64,000 nucleotides of DNA from Pseudomonadota bacterium (GCA_043797085.1 JAZDQA010000009.1:32001-96000), one strand, 5' to 3'. Numbered from the stretch's first letter, positions 1 through 10,811 are shown. Notes: generated by a model from the sequence alone, not told the origin. Program-made: numbers and translations.

Positions 1-49
1 GCTGTTTACGAACCAAGGCGGAATCATCTGCTATCAATACTTTTTTCAC
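1..49 (-). CDS. cheB: 5' fragment of a receiver-domain protein, probably CheB methylesterase (runs off the window)
   Basis: GTG at 49 overlaps the upstream stop (GTGA); reads MKKVLIADDSALVRKQ, a typical CheB receiver N-terminus; chemotaxis operon context. Confidence 0.7.
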   Translation of the reverse strand, partial: MKKVLIADDSALVRKQ

Positions 50-1416
50 GACTTCTCCCCTCGAATAAGCTGAGATACATTGGAATTAAATAACATTACC
101 AACCGTTTCCCTTCATTTAAGTGAAGAACATGTGAAAATATCCCCTCTTCCCCCTCATCCTTGTACATCAAATCATGAGGTATTGCCATGACATCACTCA
201 CATAGTTCACCAAAAAGCCAATCCGAGACCCTTGTGCATGACAAATAATAATCTTTTGATCCTCTCGATGCGAAGGTTCAATCCCCAACCGCTTGTGCAA
301 TGAGCCAATCGTAACAATTTGTCCGCGTATGTTGATGATTCCATCGATCATCTCATGAGAATCTGCAACGGGTGTCACAGGTGTCCTATCAATAATCTCA
401 GCCACTTCTTCAATCTCAAACGCATACTCTTCACTTCCAAGCGCAAAGATTACGACTTCTACCAATGCTTCTTGCGTCGTATCGGTAAACGTCGTCTCAT
501 TGCTTACGATAATCTCCTCATTACGAGACACAATCGATTCAATGAGCTCCTCGCCAATAAGAGAAATGAGATGGTCTTCAAATTGAATAACCCCTGATAT
601 TTGGCTGTTATCATCATCGCTGCTATCAATATCCGACGGTGAAAATTCATGGATATCGACAATCTCATCAATCACAAGCCCCAGTGTCTTGTTATGATGC
701 TGAACAATCATAATTCTATTTTTATCCCCAAGAATGGGTTTATAATGGAAATAAAGCCGCAAATCAGCCACAACGATGAGCTCTTCTCGCAGTGACATCA
801 TCCCTTGTATCTCAGGATTGGCTCCCGCAATGGTTGTGATAGCGACATCCGTATTTAAAATTTCTCGAAGATTATCAATCAGCAAGGCGTATTGCACCCC
901 GCCCATTTTAAACACAAGATAGCGTTCGCGCTCATTGGACAACACAGCAGAATTAAGGACAATCGTTTTGTCATTGACATTACGAGGATTAACCGAAACT
1001 TTTTGAACATGCTTCACCGCATAGTCTAAATCAATCACTTGAATCAATTCATTCTGATGATGAAGGATTGCGGCGATTATCTCTTTATTCGTTTCCAGAT
1101 ACTCAATTTTTTTAGGATCAACGGCGATCGGTACACTGACCTCATCAACAAGCAAACACAATGCACTCCAAGGAGTATTCAGCGTAATAACACGATTTTG
1201 AGGCTGGGTTCCATCACACGAGGGAAACCCCAAAAGGAGATTGATATCAATAACCGTGGCAATGTTACCCCCCAATGCACATAACCCCCGAACCGCATCT
1301 GGGCTAATCGCCAAAGGGGTAATATCAGGAACACGAAGAATTTGACCTATAAAAGAGGTGGGAAGTCCAAACGCAATCTCACCATGCCTGAATATCAAAA
1401 CTTCTTCGAAAAACAT
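46..1416 (-). CDS. cheW: Triple-CheW-domain coupling protein
   Basis: Three CheW-like repeats (VRGLCALGGNI, IQGMMSLREEL, IDGIINIRGQI). Confidence 0.85.
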   Translation of the reverse strand: MFFEEVLIFRHGEIAFGLPTSFIGQILRVPDITPLAISPDAVRGLCALGGNIATVIDINLLLGFPSCDGTQPQNRVITLNTPWSALCLLVDEVSVPIAVDPKKIEYLETNKEIIAAILHHQNELIQVIDLDYAVKHVQKVSVNPRNVNDKTIVLNSAVLSNERERYLVFKMGGVQYALLIDNLREILNTDVAITTIAGANPEIQGMMSLREELIVVADLRLYFHYKPILGDKNRIMIVQHHNKTLGLVIDEIVDIHEFSPSDIDSSDDDNSQISGVIQFEDHLISLIGEELIESIVSRNEEIIVSNETTFTDTTQEALVEVVIFALGSEEYAFEIEEVAEIIDRTPVTPVADSHEMIDGIINIRGQIVTIGSLHKRLGIEPSHREDQKIIICHAQGSRIGFLVNYVSDVMAIPHDLMYKDEGEEGIFSHVLHLNEGKRLVMLFNSNVSQLIRGEKS

Positions 1417-1421
1417 GAAAC

Positions 1422-3308
1422 TTATCCTTGTTGAAGTTCATCTGCCATAACAGCCAACTCTTCAACCCCATCAGAGATGTGACTCACTGTTTCGATAATC
1501 AATTCGCTGGCTTTTCGTGACTCTTGTGCATTTCGGGCAGAGAGTTCAACCGCTTTTTGGATTTCGCTGATTCCGATGAGCCCTTGATTAAGCCCTTCAA
1601 TATTTTGATCATTAATGGATTTTAGACCCGTAAAACGATCCAACAAATCAATCAGCATCGTTGTGATCTTGTCAATCTCATGAATCAATGCCGTAATTTG
1701 CTCTTTTTCACCCTCTTGATTGACAAGAAGTTTCAACCATTCAGTACGGACGCTATCGATTTCAGCGTTCATCGATTCGATGGTATCGTTGATTTTCTCC
1801 GTGTTGGATTCAGAATCTTTGGCAAGATTACGGATATCGGCACTAACGACTGCGAATCCTTTACCAAACTCTCCCGCACGCGCCGCTTCGATAGAACCGC
1901 TGATAGCGAGCATGTTGAGCTGAATGATGCTGTTGCTGATACTGCCTACCGTCTTATCAACATTACGCGTCTCTTTGACAATCACATTAAGTTCACTGCT
2001 TGCGCTTCCGCCCTCATTCATAGAGGCGGTGAAATCATTACTGATACCGATCATTTGCCCTTTGACCTCTGCAAACGATACTTTAAGCAAATCAAAATTT
2101 CGACGTGCGATTTCGATAAGCTTGGAGATATCTCTGGATGCACTTACGCCGCTTTCAAACATCTCTTTATTTGTAATTGCGCTTTGGTTGGTGGATTGAG
2201 ATGCGGCTTCGATTTGGTTGAGCCCTGCGGTTACCTCTTTGAGAGAGCTTTGAATATCTTCCATCGATGAACTGATCGCATCCGCAGATGCTGCAATCTC
2301 CTCTGCTGATTTCATCGTATCCGTTGAGTATTTGAGTTCTTCGGAAAGATTGTTGAGTTCTTTGATGTCTTCTTCGGTCTGGATAAGTGAATTACTTTGC
2401 ATTTCAATGCTGTTAAGGGTTTTTTCAACCGAACGTGCGATTTCGCTTGACGCATCGGCGATGTCTTTAGAACCGTCATTGATAAGAGCAATCGAGTGGC
2501 TTAGGCTTTGGGTATACCCGCTCATACTGCGTGCCGCTTCAACAGAATAGACGGCAATTTTAGTCAGTTCTTCCATTTTGAGACTAAGGGCAGATCCGCG
2601 TCCGCCCGTTTGCTCGATAATATTGGTTGTCGCATTGATACTTTTGATGATCCCATCAATGCTTTCTTGAATTTTATTCACAAGACGGGAGATAAAATCA
2701 GCATTTTTTTCGGATTCTCCTGCAAGCGCACGCGTCTCATCCGCGACCACCGCAAACCCTTTTCCATGTTCTTTGGCACGGCTGGCTTCGATGGCGGCAT
2801 TGAGCGCTAACAAATTTGTCTGATCGGCAATTTTCGCGATAAATCCAACCGCTTCACCGATATTTTCGGAAGATACTTTTAACTCTTCGGATTTTTTAGA
2901 CGACGTTTTAGCGACGTTCACAGCTTTCGCCATTCGTTCGACCGAAGTGTTAATCGTACCGACAGCACTCATAATGTTTTCACCCGCAGCCAATGTTGAA
3001 CTGATTACGGTGTCAATACTGCTTGTCATGCGTCCGATATTGGAACTGATGGAGCGGACATTTTTGAGTGCTTGCTCACTTGCACCGCTGTTTTCTTCTG
3101 CAGCCGTTGCGATTTGCTCCATCGAACTTTTGAGTTGTTCGATAGCACTGACGCTCTCTTGCGCGTTGTCCAAAATCGTTGTTGCTACTCCCGCGATACT
3201 CTCAGAAATTTGTTGTTGTTTTGCCAATGTACGCTGGCGTCGTTTATCCGGTCCTACACTCCCGCCCGAAGCTACTGGTGAACTCTCTGCTCGTCTTACT
3301 AGTGCCAT
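1422..3308 (-). CDS. Soluble methyl-accepting chemotaxis protein with two signalling domains (DosM-like)
   Basis: Two hairpin-tip motifs ([29 protein letters not shown] and [29 protein letters not shown]); no transmembrane segment. Confidence 0.9.
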   Translation of the reverse strand: MALVRRAESSPVASGGSVGPDKRRQRTLAKQQQISESIAGVATTILDNAQESVSAIEQLKSSMEQIATAAEENSGASEQALKNVRSISSNIGRMTSSIDTVISSTLAAGENIMSAVGTINTSVERMAKAVNVAKTSSKKSEELKVSSENIGEAVGFIAKIADQTNLLALNAAIEASRAKEHGKGFAVVADETRALAGESEKNADFISRLVNKIQESIDGIIKSINATTNIIEQTGGRGSALSLKMEELTKIAVYSVEAARSMSGYTQSLSHSIALINDGSKDIADASSEIARSVEKTLNSIEMQSNSLIQTEEDIKELNNLSEELKYSTDTMKSAEEIAASADAISSSMEDIQSSLKEVTAGLNQIEAASQSTNQSAITNKEMFESGVSASRDISKLIEIARRNFDLLKVSFAEVKGQMIGISNDFTASMNEGGSASSELNVIVKETRNVDKTVGSISNSIIQLNMLAISGSIEAARAGEFGKGFAVVSADIRNLAKDSESNTEKINDTIESMNAEIDSVRTEWLKLLVNQEGEKEQITALIHEIDKITTMLIDLLDRFTGLKSINDQNIEGLNQGLIGISEIQKAVELSARNAQESRKASELIIETVSHISDGVEELAVMADELQQG

Positions 3309-3419
3309 AATCTTTTTCCTTATTTACTTAATTCTAACGTCATCGGAATGCAATCCCGATTGACTATGCTAACGCTGTATTCACTTCGGCAGTGAGTCCA
3401 GCGCACACTTGTGTGCTTA

Positions 3420-3848
3420 TTAATCAAGCGTCGCATATAGCGCTTCTGATTTTTTGATGTCGTCACGTGAAGGTTTGATACGGATAGAAACATATTTAAC
3501 GTTTCCATTTTTATCGATTGAGCGTAAAACAGTGGAATACACCCAATAAAAGCCGCCGCCTTTACGGGCATTTTTAACCAATCCGGTCCAAAAACCTTTG
3601 GCTTGAACATCATCCCATAATGATTTAAATGCGGCGCGAGGCATATCAGAATGGCGAACAACGTTATGAGCTTGCCCAATCAAATCAATTGCTTTCCATC
3701 CCGCAACTTTTCCAAAGGAATCATTTGCATAGAGAATAATCCCTTTTTCATCGGTTTCTGACAGTAAATACAAATCGTCGTATAGCACTTCTCCATCCTC
3801 TAAAAATGTTAGCCCTTCAACTTCAAGTGTATCATCCGTTTTTACCAT
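3420..3848 (-). CDS. Stand-alone PAS-domain sensor (Aer/CetB-like)
   Basis: SETDEKGIILYAND...HNVVRHSDMP...KNARKGGGFYWV, an Aer-type PAS signature. Confidence 0.85.
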   Translation of the reverse strand: MVKTDDTLEVEGLTFLEDGEVLYDDLYLLSETDEKGIILYANDSFGKVAGWKAIDLIGQAHNVVRHSDMPRAAFKSLWDDVQAKGFWTGLVKNARKGGGFYWVYSTVLRSIDKNGNVKYVSIRIKPSRDDIKKSEALYATLD

Positions 3849-3990
3849 TATTTAACTCCTCCATCGCGAACCTAAATGTCGCATAGCTTAACGTTAGATT
3901 TCTAAATATTTACTGAATAGTGTATCTCTTATACTTATGGAATAATACAAGTAAAAAAGTGTATGATTTTTATCAAAAAAGTCCTTTATC

Positions 3991-4842
3991 ATGAAAATTT
4001 TCTTTTTAGTTTGTTTTACCGTCTATTCTCTCATCGCTTACGAGGCAGAAAACGGAAAAGCGCTTGTTCTCCCCTTAAATTCACCTCATGGGACGGTTGG
4101 CTTCAATGAGCGCAATATTACCGTTCTGCCTCATCCCCTGAACCCACAATTAGGTTTTGTTATTCTCCCTATTGATTACCATATACCTCCCTCATTGCAA
4201 GAGGGGACATGGAATACCCCTAATGGGAACCTTTCTCTTGATATAGAAATTTCAAAAGCTCCTTACCCGAGTGAAATACTGGTCGTCGAAAGCGCAAAAG
4301 TAACTCCTCCCACGGAAGCCTTAAAAAGAATTGCTCAGGAGAAAGCCGAAGCCGAAAAGATTTATGCCGCTTATAACCCGATACGTTATTGGAACAAGCC
4401 GTTTATCCGCCCAATAGAGTCGATAACCACGAGTGAATATGGCTCTGCCCGTACCTATAACGGTGTTTTAAAAAGTTATCACGGAGGAGTTGATTTCAGA
4501 GCCAAAACTCCCCTCCCCATACTCGCATCCAACGATGGAGTCGTCGTCCTTGCCAAAGATCGCTATTACGCAGGAGGAACAGTTATCATTGATCATGGAG
4601 AAGGGATCTATACGTGTTATTTTCATTTTAGTCAGCTGGATGTAAAAGTGGGAGATACCGTGACGCAAGGGCAAAGCATAGGGTTGAGTGGAGCAACTGG
4701 ACGTATCACCGGACCTCATCTTCATTTTGGGGTGATGGTGCACGGGATTCAAAGCGATCCCCTCCATTTTATGGCACAAATCGAAACACTTTTCGCTAAG
4801 TTACCCATGATGGCACAAAATGTTACAAAAATATCACACTAA
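3991..4842 (+). CDS. M23 family metallopeptidase
   Basis: HGGVD (HxxxD) and GPHLHF motifs; signal peptide. Confidence 0.9.
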   Translation: MKIFFLVCFTVYSLIAYEAENGKALVLPLNSPHGTVGFNERNITVLPHPLNPQLGFVILPIDYHIPPSLQEGTWNTPNGNLSLDIEISKAPYPSEILVVESAKVTPPTEALKRIAQEKAEAEKIYAAYNPIRYWNKPFIRPIESITTSEYGSARTYNGVLKSYHGGVDFRAKTPLPILASNDGVVVLAKDRYYAGGTVIIDHGEGIYTCYFHFSQLDVKVGDTVTQGQSIGLSGATGRITGPHLHFGVMVHGIQSDPLHFMAQIETLFAKLPMMAQNVTKISH

Positions 4843-4936
4843 ATATTCAATAGATAAATTTAATCAATTAATAATCCTTTCTTATGCTACAATTGACGAG
4901 CATACATAACACAAAATTTTATAGTAGGTCTCTATA

Positions 4937-6508
4937 ATGAATAAAAGACACATTTTTCTCTTGTTTTTTGGGATCTTAATCCTCCCTTCTTTCCTCTTTG
5001 GCAAACCCTTAGAAGATATTACGCTTCAGCTTCGATGGCTTCATCAGTTCCAATTCGCCGGATATTACATGGCAAAAGAAAAAGGATATTATCGTAAGGC
5101 AGGGCTGAATGTCACGATTTTAGAAGCCAACGACAAACATCCCCATCCTGTTGAAGAAGTCATTGAAGGACGCGCGCAATACGGTGTTGGCAATTCAGGT
5201 CTCATCAATGAGCGTCTGAACGGCAAACCTGTTGTCGTATTAGCTGCACTCTTTCAAACCTCCCCAAATGTCTGGATTTTACGAAAAGACTCTCATATTA
5301 GCAGTATTATCGATATGGTTGATAAACGACTGATGATGACTAAAAATATCGAAAATGCCGAACTCCTTGCCCTCTTTTATAATGAAGGAATTAATATTGA
5401 TAAGCTCAATATTATAGAAAGCACCTTTAATATCGATGAGTTGATTTCACGAAAAGTAGACGCATTCAATGGTTATTCGACCAATGAACCGTATTACCTC
5501 AAACAACAAGGGATTGACTATGTCACCATCGATCCGCGCAAATACGGTGTTGATTTTTACAGCGACTGTCTGTTTACCAGCGATAATGAAGTTTCACAGT
5601 ATCCCCAACGGGTCAATGCCTTTCGTGAAGCAAGTTTACACGGATGGGTGTATGCATTAGCACACCCAGAAGAGACCATTGATGTCATTTTAGCTCACTA
5701 TTCAAAACTCAAAACACGAGATCATCTCCGTTTTGAAGCGGCTGAAATTCGTAAACTCATGGTCCCCGAACTCATCGAAGTAGGTCACATGAACCCTTCA
5801 CGATGGGACTATATCGCCCAAACCTACTACAGACTAGGATTCATCTCAACAGCACGTATCCCAAACGGATTTATTTACAATCCCAATCCGACCAAAGATT
5901 ACACATGGCTTTATTATTCCCTTGCGCTTTCGTTGGCGTTGCTCCTTATTATTGGATTGATTGCTTGGACCATCTACCGACTCAATTGTAAAATCAAAGA
6001 ACAATCTATTCGTGATCCGCTAACAGGTCTTTACAACCGCCGATACCTCGATGAGACACTGCAAAAAGAAATAGTACGGGCACAACGAGAAAGGATACCT
6101 CTCTCTGTTGTTATAATCGATTTGGATCATTTCAAAGCCGTTAACGATACCTATGGTCACGCCGCAGGAGATGCAGTACTTCAAAGTATTGCAACCTACC
6201 TCATTGGATCGATTCGCCAAAATGATTTTGTATGCCGTTACGGAGGCGAAGAGTTTATACTGGTTATGCCGGGCATGCCTATCGATCAGGCATCCTTGCG
6301 CATGGAACAGTGTCGAAAAGAGATTCAAAATATGACAATACTCTACAATACTCATCAAATTTCCATTACGATGTCAGGAGGTATTGCTATGTTCAATGCC
6401 CACGGGACACTGGAAGATGAACTCCTAAAAGCTGCCGATGATGCACTCTATATGAGTAAAGTAAACGGTCGCAACCAAATCACTCTAGCTCAAATAAAAG
6501 AAGTTTAA
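4937..6508 (+). CDS. Diguanylate cyclase with periplasmic NMT1/THI5-like binding domain
   Basis: LQLRWLHQFQFAGYYMAKEKGYY (NMT1-like), one TM helix, RYGGEEF active site with RQND I-site. Confidence 0.9.
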   Translation: MNKRHIFLLFFGILILPSFLFGKPLEDITLQLRWLHQFQFAGYYMAKEKGYYRKAGLNVTILEANDKHPHPVEEVIEGRAQYGVGNSGLINERLNGKPVVVLAALFQTSPNVWILRKDSHISSIIDMVDKRLMMTKNIENAELLALFYNEGINIDKLNIIESTFNIDELISRKVDAFNGYSTNEPYYLKQQGIDYVTIDPRKYGVDFYSDCLFTSDNEVSQYPQRVNAFREASLHGWVYALAHPEETIDVILAHYSKLKTRDHLRFEAAEIRKLMVPELIEVGHMNPSRWDYIAQTYYRLGFISTARIPNGFIYNPNPTKDYTWLYYSLALSLALLLIIGLIAWTIYRLNCKIKEQSIRDPLTGLYNRRYLDETLQKEIVRAQRERIPLSVVIIDLDHFKAVNDTYGHAAGDAVLQSIATYLIGSIRQNDFVCRYGGEEFILVMPGMPIDQASLRMEQCRKEIQNMTILYNTHQISITMSGGIAMFNAHGTLEDELLKAADDALYMSKVNGRNQITLAQIKEV

Positions 6509-7203
6509 TGAAACGAATACTCTTACTTTCCTCTTTTCTAGTCACACATCTGGTCGCTTTTTCAACGAGTAATATCCAATATTTGTACGGCAATTTTAAA
6601 GGGGAAACCTTTCTCGATACACAAACAGGTATAAAACAAACACTAACAGCCGAACATTATCGAGCGTGGGCGTATGGCGATTTGTATATGTTTGCCGAAT
6701 ATGCTTACGCCAAAAAAGGATTACAGTTTAGCAATCTTAAAAATGACCTTTACGGTGAGTTCTCACCTCGCATCAGCCTCAATAAATTGACCAATACTCC
6801 AACATCCGATAGCATTATAAAAGAATGGTATGGAGCCTATCAACATAATCGCGGCGATGGATACCGAGCTGATTTATACGGAATAGGAACCGATCTGAAT
6901 ATTCCAAAATTTACAGTATTTGGACTCAATGTGTATCGAAAACTTCAAAATATCGGTGACAATACGTACCAACTTTCGGCAAACTACTCCCTACCTTTAA
7001 ATGCTCGATGGCATTTCGAAGGATTTACCGACTGGACAACCGTAGATTTTTTAACCCAAAACCAGTTGTTATTTGATTTGGCACCCGCCCTTGGTATTAC
7101 TGCAGGAAAATTAGAGTTGGGAACGGAGTGGCACTATTACCACGAAAACACCTATCATAAAAATAACGATACTTTTCAAGCAATGATAAAGTACACTTTT
7201 TAG
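6508..7203 (+). CDS. OmpK/Tsx-family outer-membrane channel
   Basis: Signal peptide; NIQYLYG, TLTAEHYRAWAYGDLYMF, YGEFSPRISL, FEGFTDW and QLLFDL motifs; C-terminal Phe. Confidence 0.75.
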   Translation: MKRILLLSSFLVTHLVAFSTSNIQYLYGNFKGETFLDTQTGIKQTLTAEHYRAWAYGDLYMFAEYAYAKKGLQFSNLKNDLYGEFSPRISLNKLTNTPTSDSIIKEWYGAYQHNRGDGYRADLYGIGTDLNIPKFTVFGLNVYRKLQNIGDNTYQLSANYSLPLNARWHFEGFTDWTTVDFLTQNQLLFDLAPALGITAGKLELGTEWHYYHENTYHKNNDTFQAMIKYTF

Positions 7204-7211
7204 GATATTTA

Positions 7212-7355
7212 CTAATATTACGCACATTGAGTGATTTTCTTGAAAATTCAAAGAGGCATACGCTAAATGACGTAAAGTAAAAGCACCACCAACTCTTAAC
7301 CAATAAAATTTAGAGTTGAATTATCAAGAAAATCACTCAATGTGCGTAAAGTCAG
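7212..7355 (+). mobile_element. MITE-like element copy 1 (144 bp)
   Basis: 40-bp terminal inverted repeats (36/40 match); flanked by direct repeat ATATTTA at 7205-7211 and 7356-7362. Confidence 0.85.
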
Positions 7356-7492
7356 ATATTTATTCTTTTTTCATTCCTGCCCAATCCTAAAGCCGCAACA
7401 ATAAAGAAATTTTCAACACAAATATCTCATTTTTGTTTGTTACATTAAATCATAGATATGGAATAAACAAAGCGGAAGAGGAGGTTTCTAGG

Positions 7493-8197
7493 ATGAAGAA
7501 AAGAAATATTCTCTTCTTATTTTTGGGAACATTACTCCTCCCCTTATTTCTTTTTGGCAAACCCGTGGAAGAGATTACTCTTCAGCTTCGCTGGCTTTAC
7601 TATTCTCTCGCCATTGCCTTGGTGTTATTGGCGGCTATCGGTTTTACTGCCATATACATTTATCGGCTTAATTGTAAAATCAAAGAGCAAGCCATTCATG
7701 ATTCACTAACAGGTCTTTACAATCGCCGCTACATTGCTGAAATACTGCCTCGAGAAATAGTACGGGCGCAACGTGATATGACCCCATTATCCCTTGTAAT
7801 GATCGATTTAGACCATTTTAAAGTCATTAATGATACCTATGGACACGCAGCAGGGGATGCCGTACTAAAAAATGTTGCAGCATGTCTCCTTGAATCCATT
7901 CGCCAAAATGATTTTCTATGTCGTTTTGGCGGTGAAGAGTTTCTTATCGTTATGTCAGGGATAACCATGGATAAAGCATTCGTGCGGATGGAAGCGTGTC
8001 GCAAAAAAATTCAAAACAAGCTAACCATCTACGATGAGCATACGATTTCAGTCACGATTTCAGCCGGAATTTCTATGTTTCATCTCCATGGAACACACGA
8101 AGATGAACTCCTAAAAGCTGCCGATGACGCACTCTACGTAAGCAAAGCAAACGGCAGAAATCGAGTTTCACTCGCTCCAGTAAAAGAGTATGAATGA
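7493..8197 (+). CDS. Diguanylate cyclase; sensor-less paralog of 4937-6508
   Basis: GAGGAGG RBS before ATG 7493; RFGGEEF; N- and C-terminal parts align to the upstream DGC. Confidence 0.85.
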   Translation: MKKRNILFLFLGTLLLPLFLFGKPVEEITLQLRWLYYSLAIALVLLAAIGFTAIYIYRLNCKIKEQAIHDSLTGLYNRRYIAEILPREIVRAQRDMTPLSLVMIDLDHFKVINDTYGHAAGDAVLKNVAACLLESIRQNDFLCRFGGEEFLIVMSGITMDKAFVRMEACRKKIQNKLTIYDEHTISVTISAGISMFHLHGTHEDELLKAADDALYVSKANGRNRVSLAPVKEYE

Positions 8198-8315
8198 AAC
8201 TTTTCAAAACAAGAGGTGCCGAATTAATCTTTTTTCATCACCGCCCAAACAAAACCGCCTAACCCAACAGCTACTACGATCACCAAAAACCCGACTTGAA
8301 ACCAATCCATCATGC

Positions 8316-9392
8316 TCATGATACAACCTCATTTAATTCTTTCTCTTTGAGTTGCCCGCACGCGGCACTGATGTCTAATCCCTTGGAATCACGAATCGTA
8401 CAAAGCACCCCGTGGGCATCTAAATAGTCTCTAAACTTCACCATGTCCGCACGCGTAGGACGTTCATAATCGCTTCCCTCATAGGGGTTAAAAAAGATAA
8501 GATTGACCTTTGCTTTAATCCCATGCAACAGCTTGACCAGTTTTTTTGCCGACACCAAATCATCATTTTTATTTTTGATAACCAAATACTCGAACATCAC
8601 CCGCTTGCGAGTATCGATAGGGAAACGTTTTACCGCATCAATGATGGAAGCTATGTTGTACGCTTTATTCATAGGGATCAGCTCAGTACGAAGTTCATCA
8701 TCAACCGCATGCAAAGATATGGCGATATGAACGCCCAAATCCATCTCTCCGAGCTTATCAATTTTGCTACTCAATCCACTCGTCGAAACCGTTTGCCGTT
8801 TGCCGGAAATCGAAAGACCGTCTTCATCTTTGAAAATCGTGATGGCTTTGGCTAAATTATCCAAATTATCGAGAGGTTCACCCATCCCCATATAAACGAT
8901 ATTAAGCCGTTTACTAGCAGCAAGCCCATTGTCTGCTTTCACCGCAAGCACTTGCGCTACGATTTCACCCGCACTCAAATCTCTCGTAAACCCGCCCTTG
9001 GCAGTCAGACAAAACGAGCATCCCACCTTACACCCCACCTGCGTCGAAACACACACCGTATAACGGGCTTCGTTTTCGATATTTCCCTCGTCGTCGATGA
9101 ACTCATCTTTCATCTTCAGCCACACCGTCTCGACGGTTTTACCGTCACTCAGTTCGAAGAGGTATTTGATCGTTCCGTCAGTAGAGCACTCTTTTCGGGC
9201 GATTTTGAGAGGCATGATTTCATACTCAGATGCCAACTCTTCGCGCATCGCTTTAGGGAGATTCGCCATCGTTTCAAAACTTGTCGCATACTGGTGATAA
9301 ATCCATCCCCAAATCTGTTTGGCACGAAACGAGGGTTTCACCATAGAGGTCAGCTCTGCTTTCGTAAAATCAAGAAGTGACAATTTAGCCAT
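8316..9392 (-). CDS. rlmN: 23S rRNA/tRNA adenine C2-methyltransferase RlmN
   Basis: CKVGCSFC radical-SAM motif, MGMGEP, AACGQL. Confidence 0.95.
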   Translation of the reverse strand: MAKLSLLDFTKAELTSMVKPSFRAKQIWGWIYHQYATSFETMANLPKAMREELASEYEIMPLKIARKECSTDGTIKYLFELSDGKTVETVWLKMKDEFIDDEGNIENEARYTVCVSTQVGCKVGCSFCLTAKGGFTRDLSAGEIVAQVLAVKADNGLAASKRLNIVYMGMGEPLDNLDNLAKAITIFKDEDGLSISGKRQTVSTSGLSSKIDKLGEMDLGVHIAISLHAVDDELRTELIPMNKAYNIASIIDAVKRFPIDTRKRVMFEYLVIKNKNDDLVSAKKLVKLLHGIKAKVNLIFFNPYEGSDYERPTRADMVKFRDYLDAHGVLCTIRDSKGLDISAACGQLKEKELNEVVS

Positions 9393-9921
9393 GTATTAAT
9401 CCTTTTGATTTTAGATGGTCACTTAAAAGCACTTTTGCAAACCCGTGATTGGCGATAAAATCGCGGTGAGCATTGGTATCACAGAAGTTTGTTATACAAA
9501 ACAATCCCCCCGCAGGAATCCCAAAAACTTGTGCCACACGCATAACGCTGAAAAACTCCATGTTTTCAATTCCTATCCCCAATGCTCTCATCTGCTCCAT
9601 TGCACGCTCACTTGTCGTAATGTAGTTCGAGGAGTTTACGATAACATCTTTGATGCTTTCAGTTTGTGCTGAAATCACATTGTCAATAGGCGTATAAGCA
9701 TTTTTATCTAAAAATCCTAACTCGATGTTAGCGCACGTTTTAGACTCTATTACATCGTGAATTTTGTGTTCGCCGTAACTTCCGGCACTCCCGACAAACA
9801 ATAAAAATTCTGGCTTTTGTGTTAAGCAAATACGGGTTAAACTCATAGCACTGTCGATCAATCCTACTCCGATGGGGGTCGCAAAATCAAACGTCTCGTT
9901 ATTGCCGGCACATAGTATCAT
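9385..9921 (-). CDS. Purine nucleoside phosphorylase-like protein
   Basis: [17 protein letters not shown] and ITNFC motifs of the PNP/UDP superfamily; usual neighbour of rlmN. Confidence 0.7.
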   Translation of the reverse strand: MILCAGNNETFDFATPIGVGLIDSAMSLTRICLTQKPEFLLFVGSAGSYGEHKIHDVIESKTCANIELGFLDKNAYTPIDNVISAQTESIKDVIVNSSNYITTSERAMEQMRALGIGIENMEFFSVMRVAQVFGIPAGGLFCITNFCDTNAHRDFIANHGFAKVLLSDHLKSKGLIHG

Positions 9922-10676
9922 AAGCGTACCGGAATCCCATTTGCACTCAAATACCGCTTCAAATCCATAATATCAATCTCTCGATAGTGAAAAATACTTG
10001 CTGCCAACGCCGCATCCGCACCGTGATCAAACGCTTCTTTGATGTGCTCCATCGTTCCCGCTCCGCCACTGGCGATCACAGGAATATTCACCGCACGACT
10101 GATTTGTTCTGTTATTGAAAGATCAAATCCTGCTTTCGTACCATCCGCATCCATAGAGGTTAGCAGTATCTCTCCTGCTCCGCGATTGACCACTTCTTTC
10201 GCCCACTCTAATGCATTAATACCCGTGTCAACTCGTCCGCCATTGAGATAGACATTCCACTGCTGGCCTGTGCGTTTCACATCGATAGCGACAACGATGC
10301 ACTGAGAGCCAAACCGCTTCGCCCCCTCATCAATAAATTCCGGGCGCTTAATTGCAGCAGAATTAATACTTACCTTGTCACATCCGACATTTAAAAGACG
10401 ATAAATATCATTGAGTTCCCGTATCCCGCCACCGACGGTAAGAGGGATAAAAACTTCACGCGCAACCTGCTCGACGATATGAACGATGGTATCACGCTCT
10501 TCATGCGATGCCGTAATGTCCAAAAAAGTCAGTTCATCTGCCCCCTCGTCGTTATAGCGTCTTGCTACTTCGACAGGATCACCCGCATCTTTGAGCCCAA
10601 CGAAGTTAACACCCTTCACAACACGACCGTCTTTGACATCCAAACAAGGAATGATCCGCTTTGCAAAATATTCCAT
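9918..10676 (-). CDS. hisF: Imidazole glycerol phosphate synthase cyclase subunit
   Basis: [32 protein letters not shown]. Confidence 0.97.
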   Translation of the reverse strand: MEYFAKRIIPCLDVKDGRVVKGVNFVGLKDAGDPVEVARRYNDEGADELTFLDITASHEERDTIVHIVEQVAREVFIPLTVGGGIRELNDIYRLLNVGCDKVSINSAAIKRPEFIDEGAKRFGSQCIVVAIDVKRTGQQWNVYLNGGRVDTGINALEWAKEVVNRGAGEILLTSMDADGTKAGFDLSITEQISRAVNIPVIASGGAGTMEHIKEAFDHGADAALAASIFHYREIDIMDLKRYLSANGIPVRL

Positions 10677-10795
10677 CGTAAATCTCCCCTGCATAATTGC
10701 CGCAATTATAATCCAGCGTCACTTAACCCCCCATTACCAAATGTAACGATAAGAAAAATTTATCTTTTATCTAAAGCCGTAATTAACACTTTATT

Positions 10796-10804
10796 TGCTA
10801 TAAT
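10796..10804 (+). promoter_or_regulatory. Extended -10 promoter (TGCTATAAT) for rsmA-rnj
   Basis: Perfect TGnTATAAT 7 nt upstream of the rsmA ATG. Confidence 0.6.
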
Positions 10805-10811
10805 CGAAACA

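Noticed and set aside
10479..10811. Long N-terminal extensions in the ORF track for rsmA (also rpsT, thrS, tsaD and the second GGDEF gene)
   Set aside because: They overlap divergent genes or promoters; family homology and RBS or -10 positions point to downstream starts.
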